Sequence record: NC_017972.1 | DNA length: 64,000 nucleotides | Strand: one strand, 5' to 3' | Part shown: piece after piece, positions 61,884-64,000 of the stretch | Position numbering within the stretch: position 1 is the stretch's first letter | How the letters are laid out: the number at the start of each line of letters is the position of its first letter | The notes under the pieces: model-generated | Told to the model about the DNA's origin: nothing | Database searches by the model: none | What the model saw: the letters and a program-made list of their open reading frames with translations, nothing else | Position numbers and translations under genes: made by a program

Positions 61884-64000
61884 ATGACAAATTGCAGCAC
61901 TTTGCCGGTTATTGTTAACACGCCGCTAGAGCCGCAAAAGATTGTAGCGCAGTGCGATAACTGGATTACTTTGTGTGGCAAAGGCAAGCATAAAATTTCC
62001 TACTTCCTCGGCCAGCTAAACGGCCCGGTGACAATCTGGTACGACCGTGAAAGTCTCGAAGACGAAATTTACGTCTATCAGAATGGGGAGGTTATTGCTG
62101 CTGCACCGTTAAAAGATCAGAAAGGTTCGATGACCTTCGATTATGCTCCAGTGCATGATGGTCCGGGCGGTGACGAGATTGTTTTAACGCACGAAGGCAT
62201 GACCAAAACCTCGCGTGTGCATATTCACCTGCTTTGTCCGGTTGATCCGTGCTTGCCGGAATTCGCGGCAAAACCGGAACCGATTGATACCGTTACGCCA
62301 TGCGGTCGCGCTTGGCACCAGTCTGGATACGTGCGTAAAAACACATTCGATTTAGGTGACAAGCCGGGGCGTGTGGATGTTATTTGGAGCGTGGTTGGTT
62401 CGTCGCTGGTGGTTATTTATCAGGACAACCAACCGCTGTTGACAATGGAGCCTGATCGAGAAGGGTTTTTCCAGTTCGATTATGATCCAGAAAAAGGCGA
62501 AGTTTACGCAATCACACAGGGCATCGGTTCTGTCGATTATGTGTTTACCTGTCCGTATCTGGAAGAGACTCCAGAAGAGGAAGTTTTCCGCTTCGCGTGT
62601 GGTGCTGCCGATTACTACGTCTTCAACGCGCCGCAATTAACGCAAGTAGATTTTCCTGTAATGGAAGGCACCATTGAATTCAGTGCGTCCGTGGTTGAAA
62701 CTGCGCAGCTGGTTTTCTCGCAAAACAACGTGCCGTTTTACGTGGTGTCCGGGCATACCGGCGTTGTGGATTTCACCTTTGATTACATGCCCGACAAAGG
62801 CAAAATCACAATCAACACGCAGGGTTACGGTGAAATCAAAGTAAAGGCGAAATGTCCTTATACGGCGCCCGATCCAATTCCAGAAGAGCTGGATGCGGAT
62901 TGCGGTTCGACGCTAAACACTTACCCCGGTTTCAGTAATATTCGCCTCGATTTGAAAGGCATTAGCGGTGACGCGTTGCTTGACCTAGTGCTGACTGATA
63001 CGACGGTCGGCGTGGTGCATACTGGCACGCAATTAATCACGAAATCCGGTACGTACCCAATCGTTTACGACAAAACGGTGCCGCTGATTTTGCAGGCACG
63101 CGGAAACGATTTCCAAATGCGGATTAGTTGCCCAGTCAGAAAGCCGATTGAGGCCACGCTTGATTGCGGCGTAATTCGCAACTTTGATTCACTGGCAAAT
63201 ATCACGGTGCGCTACGGTTCAACGCCGGGTAATACCACGATTACGACTAGCCAAGACGTGACAGTTTATCGCGACGGTGTGCTGGTTGGTTTTGGTCGCA
63301 ACGTGACGTTTTTCTATCCGGGTTCTGGTGTAGTTCTAGTCAAGTGTGATGTGCTGGATGAATACCTGACAATTAGCGCAACTTGCCCGTCTGTTCAGCA
63401 AATCCATTGCGGCGATCCAATCAAGCAATTCAACGCGGGCGATGTTGTGGACGTAGTTTTCAATACGCCTGCAATTACCGGCCATGTCGCGGTCACTGTA
63501 GAAATCACAGGAAATACAACTGTCGATTTCCGCCTCGGTAACAACGTGGTGAAAACAGTTACACAAACTGAAACGTTTGAAGCGATCTGGAATACCGCTT
63601 CTGCCCTACGCGTAGTCTCGCGTGGTACTGGTCAATTCAAGCTATCGATTGGTTGTGCGCGACCGATTTATATCGTTAACGACGTGGTGAAAACAGAAAA
63701 GGTAAACTGCCAACCGGGTGAAACCGCCGGAGGCTTACCGAACGGAGATACTTTCGTTACTGCAACGTGGCACGAAATTACATGGTCGGACGGTCGTGTA
63801 GAAGTGACGCCGAAAACTTACGATGGGGTGTGCAAACCCGTGGCAGAAATCCCAATTCCACCTGCGCGTTGGGGCGTTGCAATGTTTGCAAACCGTTTGT
63901 TTACTGGCGGTCCAATTGCAGCGGAAATTACCGAGGAAGAAGCCGCATATGGCGTGGTCGCAAACCCAAGCCCGAGCGGAAAGAATTACCAGCACTGGAC
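61884..64000 (+). CDS. Large beta-rich repeat protein with six Cys-bracketed modules (partial, runs off the right edge)
   Basis: Translated by hand: open from ATG 61884 to the window end (MTNCSTLPVIVNTP...); absent from the ORF track. Confidence 0.85.
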   Translation, partial: MTNCSTLPVIVNTPLEPQKIVAQCDNWITLCGKGKHKISYFLGQLNGPVTIWYDRESLEDEIYVYQNGEVIAAAPLKDQKGSMTFDYAPVHDGPGGDEIVLTHEGMTKTSRVHIHLLCPVDPCLPEFAAKPEPIDTVTPCGRAWHQSGYVRKNTFDLGDKPGRVDVIWSVVGSSLVVIYQDNQPLLTMEPDREGFFQFDYDPEKGEVYAITQGIGSVDYVFTCPYLEETPEEEVFRFACGAADYYVFNAPQLTQVDFPVMEGTIEFSASVVETAQLVFSQNNVPFYVVSGHTGVVDFTFDYMPDKGKITINTQGYGEIKVKAKCPYTAPDPIPEELDADCGSTLNTYPGFSNIRLDLKGISGDALLDLVLTDTTVGVVHTGTQLITKSGTYPIVYDKTVPLILQARGNDFQMRISCPVRKPIEATLDCGVIRNFDSLANITVRYGSTPGNTTITTSQDVTVYRDGVLVGFGRNVTFFYPGSGVVLVKCDVLDEYLTISATCPSVQQIHCGDPIKQFNAGDVVDVVFNTPAITGHVAVTVEITGNTTVDFRLGNNVVKTVTQTETFEAIWNTASALRVVSRGTGQFKLSIGCARPIYIVNDVVKTEKVNCQPGETAGGLPNGDTFVTATWHEITWSDGRVEVTPKTYDGVCKPVAEIPIPPARWGVAMFANRLFTGGPIAAEITEEEAAYGVVANPSPSGKNYQHW

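Noticed and set aside
1-64000. Stop-codon reassignment, tRNA, rRNA or CRISPR loci
   Set aside because: Core genes are full-length in the standard code and all three stops are used; no canonical RNA gene or array signature was seen in any intergenic gap.

Overview
This 64 kb window is a gene-dense, roughly 50% GC segment of a large lytic myovirus (jumbo phage). Its gene content and order resemble the Lu11/PaBG/Y3/RSL1-type phages of Proteobacteria; that assignment is inferred from gene content, not from a search. Five blocks are visible. (1) 1-17 kb, + strand: nucleoid, transcription and replication genes, including an extreme D/E protein, an H1-like protein, one clear and one possible sigma factor, a gp32-like SSB, RecA/UvsX, an HNH protein and DnaB, plus two candidate anti-defence sponge proteins. 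(2) 17-30 kb: terminase with an intein in Walker A, a probable portal, a gp5-like spike, short fibres, an SprT protease, an MmcB-like nuclease and Tmk. (3) 30-46 kb: about 14 otherwise mostly unrelated proteins sharing an N-terminal MKIQLAVA-like octapeptide, among them topoisomerase IB, four ADP-ribosyltransferase-like proteins, a GNAT and three large paralogues. This is the strongest candidate for an undescribed system: a capsid-targeting tag on a packaged, injected effector arsenal. (4) 46-51 kb, - strand: a thyA...folA operon. (5) 51-64 kb: baseplate and tail genes, a collagen-like protein and a Cys-bracketed repeat protein that runs off the end. A 13-nt motif, AAWACTGTAAATR, occurs 7 times, always co-oriented with downstream genes, and is a probable phage-specific promoter. 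No tRNA, rRNA or CRISPR array was found. All family assignments come from visual motif recognition.
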